Assembly (NCBI GenBank): GCA_028534125.1
Contig: CM052816.1
Span: forward strand, 9,178,001-9,242,000
Direction of reading: 5' to 3'
DNA length: 64,000 nucleotides
Source of the DNA: Lama glama
Taxonomy: Eukaryota
Positions within the stretch are counted from its first letter, which is position 1; each line of letters begins with the position of its first letter. Under the pieces are notes generated by a model that saw only the letters and a list, made by a program, of their open reading frames with translations, made no database searches and had not been told where the DNA came from. This document shows positions 24,901 to 37,029 of the stretch, in pieces. Position numbers and translations under genes: made by a program.

Positions 24901-25899
24901 GAGCAAATAAGATAGCAGCCCCTAAAGGAGCAGGGTGCTCTCTCAGACTTATTCTAATAGTAGTGAGTTTTTAATTTATTAGCTTTGGCCTGAACTGCTC
25001 TGTTCCTTTGGTGTTATGTAGATAGAACTTAAAGATCACCATTAAGACGGCTCCAGAGATGCCGAGCTAGAGACAGAAAAAGCCCTTCCAGTTCCCCTAA
25101 TGGGCTGGTGCTAAAGACACAAATGTCAGTCTAATTCCTGAGGACACCTGCCAGAGCTCAGTTAAGAGAAATTGATCTCCTCCCTTTCACCAAACACTGA
25201 ACAACTCACTGTCTGCGGCAGGTTTAGCAAATCCCGTTTAGATTTGGAGTCTAGCCCAGGGTGCATGACACGGATTAGGTAGTGGAAAGAGCTCTGCTCA
25301 GAGGATCAGGTACAGGGAGCTGTGTTTCTGTCCTAACCCTTGCTGCCCACGCACCTTTGGATAAGCCTTAGCAGGAGACTTAAAAGACTTCTAGGCAGGT
25401 AGCTTGATTCGAGCAGTCACTTACTGCAGTTCTGACTCTGACCTTCACCATGGGTCATGGGTCCCCCTTCAGAAACCAGCCAGATCCCCACCTTAGACTT
25501 CAGCTCTGGCATAAATCTTGCCTGTATTTAAGTCCCACCTTCTTGCAGGAGGGGACCTAGTTTAGCTCCCTCTTCTCTCCCTGTGGCCATGGTCCTGTGA
25601 CCAGCTCTTAGACCTCCCAGAAGATTCTCTGGCAGTTGCCAACTACCAGGCATGCAGTTCTATGTCCCCAAGACGTAGGGGAGGGCGGAGGGGGAGGTGC
25701 CTGTCTTCTCTTCATCTTGCTGGACCTCTATCAGGCTGCTCTTTGTTTGGCTAGTCCCCGTCTCTGCCTTTCCTCAGACACCACCTTCCCAGAGTGTTTT
25801 CCCCCCTACTTTCAGCTGCCCTCAAGATGCAGGCATGTTTGGTTTCTACCTTCCTCCCCTCTGGCCTAAACCATGGCCAGAGTGACAGGTTGGACTAAA

Positions 25900-26352
25900 G
25901 TAGTGGCTTCCAACCAACTTTTTCTTTAGCAACAGAGCTTACTTTACACATCAACTTTTAAGTGGAACTCCCAAACAGAAAAAAACAAAACAAAAGCTTG
26001 CTCAGGCTAATTAAATCTTTCTTAAGAGAAACACGTCATTGTTTGCTGAACCCAGCAAGCACCACAGAACCCTAGAATTCTTCAAAATTTAGTTCAAAAT
26101 TCTGAACTAGGTGATCTGGTCTATCCTCTTCTGTTTTCTTGACGGCCCACATAATTCAGTGGCTTGCGAAAGTCACACAGTCAGACTGACCAAGTCCAGC
26201 CTCAAGAATGTGTTGTCCCCACATAGAATGTGAATTCTACCTTTGAGAGTGTAGAGACCCTTGCTACCCTGTGTTACTCCTACATCCTCAGGGTATAGTG
26301 CAATGCCTGGCACACCGTGGGTGCTTCGTCAATAGTGGTGAATGAATGAATG
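25900..26352. mobile_element. hAT MITE (about 25900-26110) followed by L2 3' end (about 26210-26352, +)
   Basis: agtggcttccaac..cacagaaccctagaattc; tgcctggcacaccgtgggtgcttcgtcaata..gaatgaatgaatga. Confidence 0.55.
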
Positions 26353-27099
26353 AGTCTTTACTGAGGAGCTTTTATGTGCCAGGCTCCCAGACCTTACCTC
26401 TCAGAATAGAGCCGTGAATAAGGCTGAGCAATGTGGTTCCTTCTCTTACTAAGCTTAAACAGGGACTTGAACCTGAGACCAATTATCAGTTGGGTTAATG
26501 AAATAATTACAACTGTCTGGCCCTTTAAGGCAAGAGAACAGAAGCCCCGCAGGCTTAAGAGCTGCCCCCTGGAGTGAGGTGGAGAGGGGGATGGAGTTGG
26601 ATCCTGACTGCCCACCCACCCCCTGGCCCACCTGTCTCATCTTCATGCCTTGTTTTGCATCAGAGAGCTGAGCTCCATCATCTTGGCTAAGGGTGTGGCT
26701 GAAGAAGCAGTGACCTCATCTGCTCATCTGCAGGAGCCCTGCCAAACTCTGTTACACTTGCAGTGAGGGCTGTCTCTGCCTGGAGCCCTGGGCTGGGCAG
26801 GCACTGTCTCCACCCGTCAGCTGTATGCTCTGTTCCCTAAGCCCTCCCACACTATCTATCCAAACTGTTCTTTCTGCCTGAGGTGGCCACGTTACCTCTC
26901 ATTGCTCATCAAAACCCTTTCCCCACCTCAAGTTAAAGTTGGAATACCACCTCCTTCAGGGAGCCTGCCCTGATTACCACCCCCACTTGCTTATCCAGGA
27001 GGAAGTGATCGCTTCCTCTTCTGGCCTCACATGATGCTCAGTCTCTCCCTCCCTTGTCACAACGACAGAAGCAAATTATAGATTCCCTGGTATGTTAGA

Positions 27100-27600
27100 T
27101 CATTCATCCATTCATCCCACAACTGCTTACTGAGTTTCTACTATGGACTGGGGGTTGTAGACAAGGTGCCTACTTTCATAGCGTTTCCTTTCTGATAGGA
27201 GAATCAGGAAAAAAAAAGTGAATAAACAAATGAAATATTTTCAGGTTGACAAGGGCTAAGAAAAAATGCAGTACAGTTTTGGGGTGGGGTGTGTTTACAC
27301 TGGATTAGATAGGTCAGTTAGGGACCGCCTCGCTGAGGAGGTGAAATTTGAGCTGAGCTGTGAAGGGTGAGAAGCGGCCAGCTATGGAAAGAGCTGGAGC
27401 AAGGGCATTCCAGGTCGAGGGGAGAGCATTTGCCAAGACCCTGAGGCAGGAGAAAGCTTGGTGTGTTTATGAAACAGGAAGAAGCCTCTTATGGTGGCAG
27501 TGAGTGGGAGGAGCGAAGCGAGGGAGGCGGGCAGGACCCAGGTCAGGTCGGGACTTACGGGGGTTGGTAAATGTAGGGAATCGCAGGGGAGAGTTGAGAA
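27100..27600 (-). mobile_element. L2 fragment
   Basis: cattcatccattc..ttactgagtttctactatg..ctgaggaggtgaaatttgagctgag..gcattccaggtcgagggg..tgccaagaccctgaggcagga. Confidence 0.8.
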
Positions 27601-27819
27601 CTGACTGGTGTTCATTCATTCATTCAGTGATGACGCAGGCCCCCTCTGTGACACAGAACAAGGTGCTGAGAACACGGGGACCAGGGATCCACCTGCCCAC
27701 TAGGCGTGCAGGCAGAACGGAGGGACCTCCCCTGAGTAAAGTCATCCTAAGTGCAACATCTGGGTTTCTGCTTTTCTGATTCAGATACTTGGTCTGTGAT
27801 CTGTCAGGTTCCTCTCATC

Positions 27820-28510
27820 CTTGTTATTCAGAGTGTGGTCCTTCAGTCTTTGCGTCATTAGCCAGGAGCATGTTAGAAATGCAGACTCCAGGGCCCTACG
27901 CTGTAGCCCTACAGACTGTATTATCTGTATTATCCCCTGTTGATTTGTGCTCACGTTAAAGTCTAAGAAGGACTCACTCCAATCAACGTATGGGGTAATA
28001 GACTCTTGCTAACCAAACTGAGGGGACGGTAATGAGTCAGATGCTAGCTCAACAGTTCATAGCAGAGGCTTATAACCTCTTACGTCAGTGTATCTCAAAA
28101 CTTGAAAGTGCATGCACATCACCTGGGACTCTTGCACATTAATATGCGGATTCTGATTCAGTAGGTTTGGAATGGGGCCCCAGGTCCCGTGTATCTCATC
28201 AGCCTTGAGGTGACGCTGATGCTGTTGTTCCAAGGAGCACAGAGCTTTGCATGAACAGAACGAAGGGCAGGAAAGGACTAAGCCGGGTGAGGAGGTTAAG
28301 AGTGCTGTGAGCCATGCTGAAGAGGCAGACAGTGGCTAGATCATGCTGCCCCTCTCTGTAACTACCACAGTGTTTTGGTAATAACTCTGTGAAGACCTTT
28401 CCATGTTGGAGTGTAATCTGAGCATCAGGGACCGGGTTTTTTTCATGTCTGTGGCCCCAGCACAGTGCCTGGTTCACAGTCAGGACCCACTAAATGCTGA
28501 CTGAATGAGA
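27820..28510. mobile_element. Two MER5A-like MITEs (about 27820-27970, 28086-28250) and an L2 3' end (about 28330-28510, +)
   Basis: agtgtggtcc..ggagcatgttagaaatgcagactc; cagtgtatctcaaaactt..catcacctggg..gattctgattcagtaggtttgg; cccagcacagtgcctgg..aaatgctgactgaatga. Confidence 0.75.
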
Positions 28511-30164
28511 GCCAATTTGAGATAACATGGAGAGTCTAGGAATGGAGGCTGGGTGATGCAGCATGTCCGAGACAGTCTTTGCTGAATCACCACCCTCCAT
28601 ACACTCTTCTCCAACTAATTCTGGTAGCGGCTGGGCATATGCCTGAAATTTGAAAACAGTTTCAGAAAAATCCCAGCCTCCGGTTGAGATAAACATAAAT
28701 CACCATCTCTTCCAGATGGAGGCCGAACTGGACAGGAAGTGCTCTGCAAATGGACATGAGTGGCTGATCAAGACCTAATCAATTTCAAAATAGAAACTGG
28801 AACTGAGTGTAAATGACATAAGAGGAAGGACAGGGGCACGGCCTACCCAGGAAATCAAATAGGCTGGCAGGACAATGAGCACTGGCAAAGAAGGAATCTG
28901 GCGCCTGAACCTGGTGACTGGAAAAAAGTCAGACCCAGCCAGGATGAGCAGGCGCCCAGGAGCGAGGGTCTGAGTCACCACTAATGAAACATCAAGCCAC
29001 ACTCGGCTTTTCCTGCCTGCCTAGTGAAAACCGTTTGCTCAAATCATGTTCTATTTCAGGAAACGCCAGCTGTATCGTAGGAAGTCCTGCTCTTTCCACA
29101 TTAGGAACAAGAGTCACTTGTCTTTGCTTTTGGACACTCACACGGTACCAGTCCTGGAGGGCACAGGGTTATTGTACTGCTCATGTAAGATAAATAGGTG
29201 CAGTCTGCCCTGGAACGTTGGGCAGGCAAGGAAAAGCTGAACTTGAGAGTTGTCACCATAAAGCATGGATTTCAGTCCCTCTGAGGAACCTTAAAATGTT
29301 CCTGTGCCAGCTTCAAAGGAAAGAGGGAAAAGCAGCCAGATTTCACGAACTGTCACCTTTCCCTCCCTCCTGTCCTGTGAGAGGTGATTTGAAACCCTGG
29401 CGTCATCTTCCCGGAGAAACAGCATGAGCAGGGATGCCAGAATGCTCCCTCCTTAACAGGCAGATGGCTTCGTGTCCCTGACAGTGATGATCTCCCTGGG
29501 ACCATGGCCAAGAGCTACTCTTTGAGGTGGATTGGGGGCAGGCAAACTGCAGGTGACCTTCTCGTTTCCCCCACCTCTATCTCCTAGGCCTGATTTAACA
29601 GTCAGCATGTGGTGAGGGCCGCTCACTATAGGATTTGCACACTGAGAGTTTTATAGGACGAAGGATCCTTAAGGAGTGGGACTGGGTATTTTTCCCCATT
29701 CAGTTCCTTATCACAGCAGGTTAACTGAGGACGTGGAATGTTAGACGTCTCTACAAACTTGCTGGGTTTGTTGGGGATCTTGGTGGATTTTTTTTACTAG
29801 AAGAACTTGTATAACACATGGAAAATGAGTGGATGGAAGAAACAAGGAGAAAAAAGAAAAATTGGATTTTTGCTGAGGAGAGGGATCACCATGTCTGCCA
29901 CTTTGAGATGTATTTTGGTTTCTTCCCATGCAAAAGTGAGGTGGATCAGGACTGGCCTTCAATCATGGTGAAGAGCAAATATAAGAATTTATTTAGTTGC
30001 TTGGTGATCTGCAGCCCACTGCAGCAGAACATATGGGTCTGGGCAGGGACACAGGAAGTCATGGTTTGGTGTCCGCTCTGCCATTCAGGTGCTGTTCACC
30101 CTTGGTCTAGTTGCCACCCATCTCTGGGCCCCAGCTCCCTCTGGAAACTGAGAGGGCTGGATTA

Positions 30165-30560
30165 GAACATGATTTCATTGATCCTGTGACCAATTATTAC
30201 AACGTTAAAAGCAATTAAGTCACATAGCAGACAATTGTGCACAACTTAATTCTCCTTTAATTCTCTTCATCAAGGGAAGGAGAACATCCCAAAGTAGTGT
30301 TAATATATCTTTAACATCTTTTAAACACTTGCCAATCTAAATTTTTTACAAAGTGGGAGCAGACTTGAGGCTCAGTCTTCCTAGGACTGCATCTATCTGT
30401 CTAGATGAGATAAATTTATCACATTGTTTTATTTATTTTTTTGGTTACCTTTGCTTTTTATGACAAGTGATTCTGGTTTTCCATTTTAGGCAGTGATGTA
30501 GAGTATTTTCTCCTAAAATAAAAGTGTTTCTGTAGATGAGAACATTTAAAGAACTCTGTG
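30165..30560. mobile_element. Old hAT-Charlie-like DNA transposon fragment
   Basis: AT-rich; shares the ctag..aaattta.cacattgtttt block with 2600-2830 in the opposite orientation. Confidence 0.45.
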
Positions 30561-33500
30561 AAGATGGTGTTGGCATATGGCAAAAACCATGAGGTTACTA
30601 CTTGAATGGCTGCGCTTGTGAAAATCCTGGTCTAGATGACCTCTCAGTGCTTTTCCAGCTCTGTGGGCCCGTGGGTGTGAACGTCCCCATTTCTGCACAG
30701 CCCATACTTTGCTGGCTTCCGGTTGTCTTAAACGTAAGCTTTGTACGTGCAGCAATTGTATGTGGCTTTTTGTCCTCTGAATCCAAAACATCTGATTCAG
30801 TGGGTGGCACATGGTTGGACTTCAGTAAATGATTCTGAGGGAATGATTGCAGGACTCTGGTGGAAAACACCACATCATGACATCTTTTTATGTTTGGGAG
30901 CAAGAGAGAAGGGACTCCCTGCATTTCAGACCCTGTGGAGTAGAGACCAGTCACAGCTAGGCTCACACACACTCACACACAAGCACACTTCATGCTTTGA
31001 ATGTTAACCTAGGTTGAATTTTTGTAATATTAATGATATGACATATATAATGAATTTCTGTGATATCACTGGTATCAGAACATATCTAATACTATTTTTG
31101 TTTTTTTTTTCAAATAATTTGGCTCTTGACATCTCTGAAAAAAGGCAAGGTTTAAATAATGAATGTATGAATAAGTAAATACATTTACCTTTTATTTTTT
31201 GTTTTACCTGTTTCCGAATCTCATTGGCTCTCTGCTTGCAGTATTTTTAAATTGACTGGCTGTTTGGTTCAAATTATGCTTTAAAAAAAGTCTTAGCGCG
31301 GGCTACAGACCTGGGGTGTTTGCTGGTTAGCGTTTGGGTGTGCCACCACGCTGCTTTGGCTGGGTGACAGTTTAAACACAGCCAAACAGCTGTTCCTGCC
31401 GGGAGAGTCAATGGTGAGAAGATTCCACAGAAACAATGCTTGGCCTGGGCATCCCCACCCCTGCAGGGGCATCTGAGGTGGCCCAGGGGAGACCACTGGA
31501 TTCAGGGGGGCCATCACTGACCCTCACCCACCTCTGTTTTCTCTTTCCGCCTTCCTCTGCAGCTGTAGATGGGTCTGACTCCTAGTAGTTTTTGGGAACT
31601 GTTGCCTCTGGAACCGGAGTGGGTGGAACAGAAAGCAGAGACTGGACTTTCTCACCAGCCCCACCTCATATTTCAGGTGAAGTTCTGCCCTGTAGGGGAG
31701 AAGGAGAGAGAGTCTGAGGCCATCTTTTGGATAGAGCCAGTCCTGCTCCCTCAGCCCAACCTCTGCCATTTGGTTTCATTTATTAGCCTCTGCTGAGGGC
31801 AAAGGAGCATCAGGGCTGAGGTAAATGGAAGCAGAATTATTGCAACGTAATGAAGAACTTACTAGTTACTGAGGCAGCACAAATAGCTATTACAAAAAGA
31901 GCAAAGTGATACGCTCCACGGGGTTGTAATAAATTGAGACAATGTGAATAAAGCATGGTAGCTGAGTCCCACCCACCAGACGCACTCCATAAATAATAGT
32001 TATGATTCTCCTTTAACTCCCCACATAGTAACTGGCTCCTAGTGGGTCTCAGTAGGTGTTTGTTGAATGAGCAAACGATGGAAGCAGTTGCCTAGAGGGA
32101 GGAGGTTAGAGGTGTCCAAGCTGAAGATGTGTGTTACTGAGTTATGGTATTGACACTCCCATCAAATATGAAAACAGAAGTGGAAGTGAGCTTAGAGACA
32201 GTGCTTTAGATCTGCCACCCACCAGCCCAGATGATGTCCTCCTGGGCAGGTGGCTTTGACTGGCCAGACAACTGCAGGATAACTTTCCAGTATCCCCTCT
32301 TTCTGCATAACTGATATCAAAGTTAGCATTTTCCTCAAATTAAGCCAACATGCCTCTAGACACCAGAGTTTTGCAGCAGCCCTTTAATAGGGCAGTAGTT
32401 GGGGATAGTAAAGCAGGTGGGGATCCCCTTTCAGGCACATGCTTTTAGAGTTTTTGAGGTTTGGCATCGAGATCCAAGGAGCCTGCTCCTGACCGAGTGG
32501 ATTTAAAGAGGAGATAAGGTCTCTGAGTCATGTCTTCTGGTAAGAGTTTGTGTTTCTCTTCTTTCCTAACAGTGTGATGAAACTAAGCTGCCCAAACCCA
32601 GCATGTTACTCAGGTTGGTTGGATTTGAGGGGGACAGCATACAACACATTACTGGAATAATGAAGAGAATAAAATCTACACGAAAGTCTCTTTCTGAGCC
32701 ACAGTTGGTCCCATCCCAGATATTGTCAGATTCCCAATGGCATGGGCTGTCCTTCTGGTCAGTAAAATCTTTAAAGTTCCCCAGCCAAATGGTCTCTACA
32801 TTCAAAAGGTGGCCCAGGAGCCATGATTCCCAAGGGGACATGCTCTCAGAGGTAACTGTCTGACAGGCATGCTGTCAAGGGGCTCCACCTCCACACAGGA
32901 GTGTGAGTTACCATGAGCAGTGCTAATGGTTAATGGACAACTTACTGTGTTCCAGGCAGTGTGCTCAGCCCTCTACGTGGATGTCTCTGTCAATCCTCTG
33001 AGCAGCCCCATTGTGGCAGGTGCGTGATGGTGGATGCTCATTGTGGTCCCAGGCAGCACTCCTATCGCCCAAAAGCCCTGATTTCCCTTTGGGAGTTACC
33101 TTCCCGTCCATGTTTCCGGTCTTGATGGAATGGTAAAAATCTGCTGTCTCTCTCTCTCACCACAGTGCCTGAAGGTTTCTTCAAGTCACGCTGGGAAGGC
33201 AAGGGTAAGTCCAGTTGGAATTTCTCTCTTGCAGAACTTGGAATCAAATGAGCTTATCATTTGAGAGCAGAGGAAATCCTCAGGACTGTATTACAGCTCC
33301 AGTTCTCGAGCCAGATTGCCAGGTAACTTCTGTTCCTGCTCCAAGTTTGTCATAAACCTTCTCTTCTCTTTCCTCTAATGAGTTGCCCACTGCCCCCCAG
33401 TAAATTTGAGTGGTCTCAAATTCAGGTCTGTCTGCCTCCAGAGCCCAGGAACTCAACCATCGTGCAATATTGGATGGAACCTCTTCTGTTTCCTTCCAGG

Positions 33501-35510
33501 GCAGAGCTTCTAAGAGGCTCTGATTCTGGAAGTCTGAGAATGTACAAACCTAGAATGATATGATTAATTCCAGAGCTGATCAGTGTTCACACTTGCAAAT
33601 CCTCCTCCCAAATTAGCTGTCGATCTGAGCTGTCTGCTGAGTCAGCAGCAGGATGGGTGTGTAAGAGCTTTTGGACTCCAGCTCTCCCGACAGAACTCAT
33701 CCCTGTACTCACGCTGGCCTCTTCCTGCAGGATCCCTGCAGTTGGCCCTGCCAGCCTGGTCCACTTGCTTGTCCGTAGACCTGGGGTTGATGATCCTACA
33801 CAGAAATCTGCAGACCACACGAGAAAAATTTGAACTTGAGCACCAAGAGGAAGAAAGCTGGAGCTCTCCTCTTTGAGAGTTTTTGCCCTGTTGACAGGCC
33901 CCTAGGTGTCTCCAGGTGTGGTCTGTCCACTCAGCAGCAGTGAGCAGGGCTCAGGCAGCTTTGAGAAACACTTCTCATCCACTCGCAGAATGAAAGATGA
34001 GAAATGTTCCCCCAGATCGCCACTAAGTAGATATAAAACAGATCTTCATATTTAAGTGGCTAAAAAGGAGTACTCATTTCCTCAATGTAGTTTTCATTCA
34101 GTGAAGTAGATAATTTGAATTGCGTGAGCAGATACGTTTTTCCCACGTGAGATATGATAAAGCTATTTTAGTTTTGGACAAAAATTTAGCTCAATTTTTG
34201 CTGAGTTGCCCTTTGCTAAAAAGTACTGCTTACTTTAAGGTATCCTTTAGGCTTCTTCAGTGTAGGAGATTGCCTTCCTCCATCTGATCTAGGTATAGTG
34301 ACTAGCCGGAAGTTTTTAAACTCTTTTTTTTCCTTAGCAATGAAATAATCTTTTTCAATCGCAGGTTTATGCAGGATCATAATATACAAAACAGGTAAGA
34401 TGGAGCTTCTCTGTTGAAGTGACCTGTGGCATTCCCGCTTACTTCTCCTACCTAGGTTCCTGAGGTGGCTCTGAAGAGCCACAGGTATTGAGGAAGCACT
34501 GGGAAACTACTGGCCCAGCACCTAATTTGAACTGAAGTGGACATGGGGCTGAACGGGGTCTAGGTTAGAAAGTTTGCCCTGTGCTTTCTCTCTGTGTCTC
34601 TGTTTCTCTCTTGTCCTCTCTGTCCTCCCCTCCCCGTCCCAGGATAAGGCTGAGGGAATCAAGAGGGTGGTTTACAGAGATGAGAAAGGGGCAGGCCAGG
34701 GTAGTTTTGAAAGCTGAGGCTCCAGGCAAACAGCAGGACAGAAGACGGGAAGACGGAGTGCAGAGCTGGGTGAGAGGAAGCTCCCTGCAAATACTCAGGA
34801 TGCTACGGATTTATAGGAACTGGTGAGAAAGGCAAAGAAGTTAAGAATAGGTGAGAGCAGCAGCTAAAAGACAGCCAAGGACAGAACATCAGAGGCTGAG
34901 CTGTGTGCAGCCTGGGGCATTTAGGGGGTGGCCGGGCTGCCTCAGAGCAGAATCAGACACAGGGCAAGGGCCTGTGCACCAGGAGGAAACATGGCTGGTT
35001 CCTTTTGCTGTGCCTCTGTCCTGCTTGCCACGCTGCTAGGGGATTTTGTCCTCTCTAAAGAGAATATACACATAACCAGGGCATTTCAGGTAGTGTTTGG
35101 GGCAGTGGAAGCCAGAAACCAGCCAAGTTGACATATCTATGATATTATGGTTTGCAAAATACCTTTCTATACATGACCTCATTGCTCCCCTGAGGTATGC
35201 TGGGAAGGTCTATAAGGAATGCCACACAGCACCTGATGTCACAGAACACCACTGTTGCCACCACCATGCAGAGAAAGCAGAGCATTAATGAGGAAGGAAG
35301 AAGAATGCAGTACAGACAGGCTAATTGCCTTCTTTTCTGTTCATGGCCTCCCGCGTAGTCCTGGCCAGTGGGCAGGACGGTAGCCGTTATACATTCCATT
35401 CTCAATAGGTCAGACTGGCTTTGTGCTAAGTTTCCTGGACCATGTCACTCAGATGTGTCATGTGTACTTGGTTGTCATAGCACTTTTGCTCAGGAAGGAT
35501 GATATTCTAG

Positions 35511-35799
35511 GCCAGAGGTCACACTGGTTGCCCCCAAGCTATGCTGGCCCCCAGATGGGTTTTGTTCGGTCTATATCAGGTTTAGAATTTTGAATTGTTT
35601 GCCAACACAGAAAAATTAGATTTAAATATCTGCATTTCTGGCTTTCTTGAAAATTGGAGGATCTGACAATACTGGTTTTTACAACTGCCCTCTTTCCATG
35701 AGTCATGTGTTCTCCACACTGCCACAGACCCCACCCAGCCAGCTTACTTCTTTACATACCCCTTGTAGCTCCATGTGCATTTGATTTTGAGACCCTTGG
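35511..35799 (+). mobile_element. MER102-like hAT-Charlie MITE
   Basis: ggcccccagatgggttttgtt..ttgaattgtttgccaaca..ttctggctttcttgaaaattggaggatctgacaatactgg..gccacagacccccacc. Confidence 0.75.
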
Positions 35800-35835
35800 C
35801 CTAGGTTTTTGTCTTATGTAACTTGCCATGTAGAA

Positions 35836-36046
35836 CAGGAGTTGGCAAACTGCAGCCGGTGAGCCAAATCTGACCCTCCAGCTCTTCGTACATATAAAGT
35901 TTTATTGGGACACAGCCACAGTCATTTGTTGACATACAGGTTGCTTTCACAGGACTCAGAGTGCAGCAGCTTCCAGAGAGACCATACTGTCTGCAAATTC
36001 CAAAATACTTTCTATCTGACCTGACAGACAACTTAGCTGATCCCTG
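35836..36046 (+). mobile_element. MER58A-like hAT-Charlie MITE
   Basis: TIRs caggagttggcaaact ... acttagctgatccctg; taaagttttattgggacacagccac core; degenerate 8-bp TSD atgtagaa/atctagac. Confidence 0.85.
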
Positions 36047-36508
36047 ATCTAGACCATGGTCAGAGGGCTGATTTTTCACTATAAAATGGCCCACCAAGTG
36101 TTTTCTAAACAAAAGTTTTTACCTCTCAGAGGAATTCTACCAGTGATCTAAACTAACTTCATTTTCTTTCTCTTCAGACTTTATTTATAACTTACCAAAC
36201 TGAGAGGGGAAGTTGGTGACCAGTTGTTCCCTACATCTGGGTTATTGGGAGGTCAAACAATGTCAATTTTAGTGGCCAGACCATGAGGCAGTTGGCTTCC
36301 TTTCATTTTTCCCTTGCCTGCCATGTCCATGGAAAAAGAACAGGACTCCCTAGAATCACTGGCATCCTGCTTTTCTATAGACTCTAATTAGTGTTGCTGT
36401 TGCTATTATTATTTGAGAGAATGATAGCTTACACACGTGAAGTGGAAGCAGTTAACTCTTTCATAGCATTCCTGTACTTTTCCTCACATTTCCTTCTCAA
36501 GACTATCA

Positions 36509-36990
36509 TGTAAGGCAGGTTGGTTACCCATTCCACAGCTCTTCTTCCTCTCATCTTCTTTGCTATGGAGCCCGGCTCTAGGTAGTGACTGAAAATGCCA
36601 AAATCTAACACAATCCAATTCTGGCTAATGACAGATCAGGGGAGTCTTTTGGGAGGCTTCTAGGAAATATTTTCCTTCCTCATAAGAAAGTGGCACGTGC
36701 AAAAGAGATTCTCATATCCCTTCTTTTCTGTTTCTGAGTGTGGCTTTTGTAAAGATGTGATGCTTGGAGCTGCTGCAGCCATCTTGGGATGTGAGGAGAG
36801 ACATCAGTGATATTTGAAAGATGTTGGGAGGAAGAATGAGAAGGTCCTGAGTTCCTGGGGACATCCTTGAGCCTGGAACCATTGCCTCCCAGATGGTTCT
36901 CATTATGGGAGATACTTATAAAACTTTCTTGGTAAAGCCATTTTGGATCAGATAGTCTGTTATTATACAGCCCAAAGTACCTTAACTCGA
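36509..36990 (+). mobile_element. MaLR solo LTR (MLT1I/J-like)
   Basis: ttctggctaatgac..gggaggcttctaggaaa..atgtgatgcttggagctgctgcagccatcttg..tctgttattatacagcccaaag. Confidence 0.75.
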
Positions 36991-37029
36991 ATGATCAACT
37001 ATTACCTCTAGTTTATATAATTTTTAAAA

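Noticed and set aside
26398..26472. 75-nt - strand exon-like segment with GTAAGG donor
   Set aside because: Poor polypyrimidine tract, unrecognised peptide and no partner exons.
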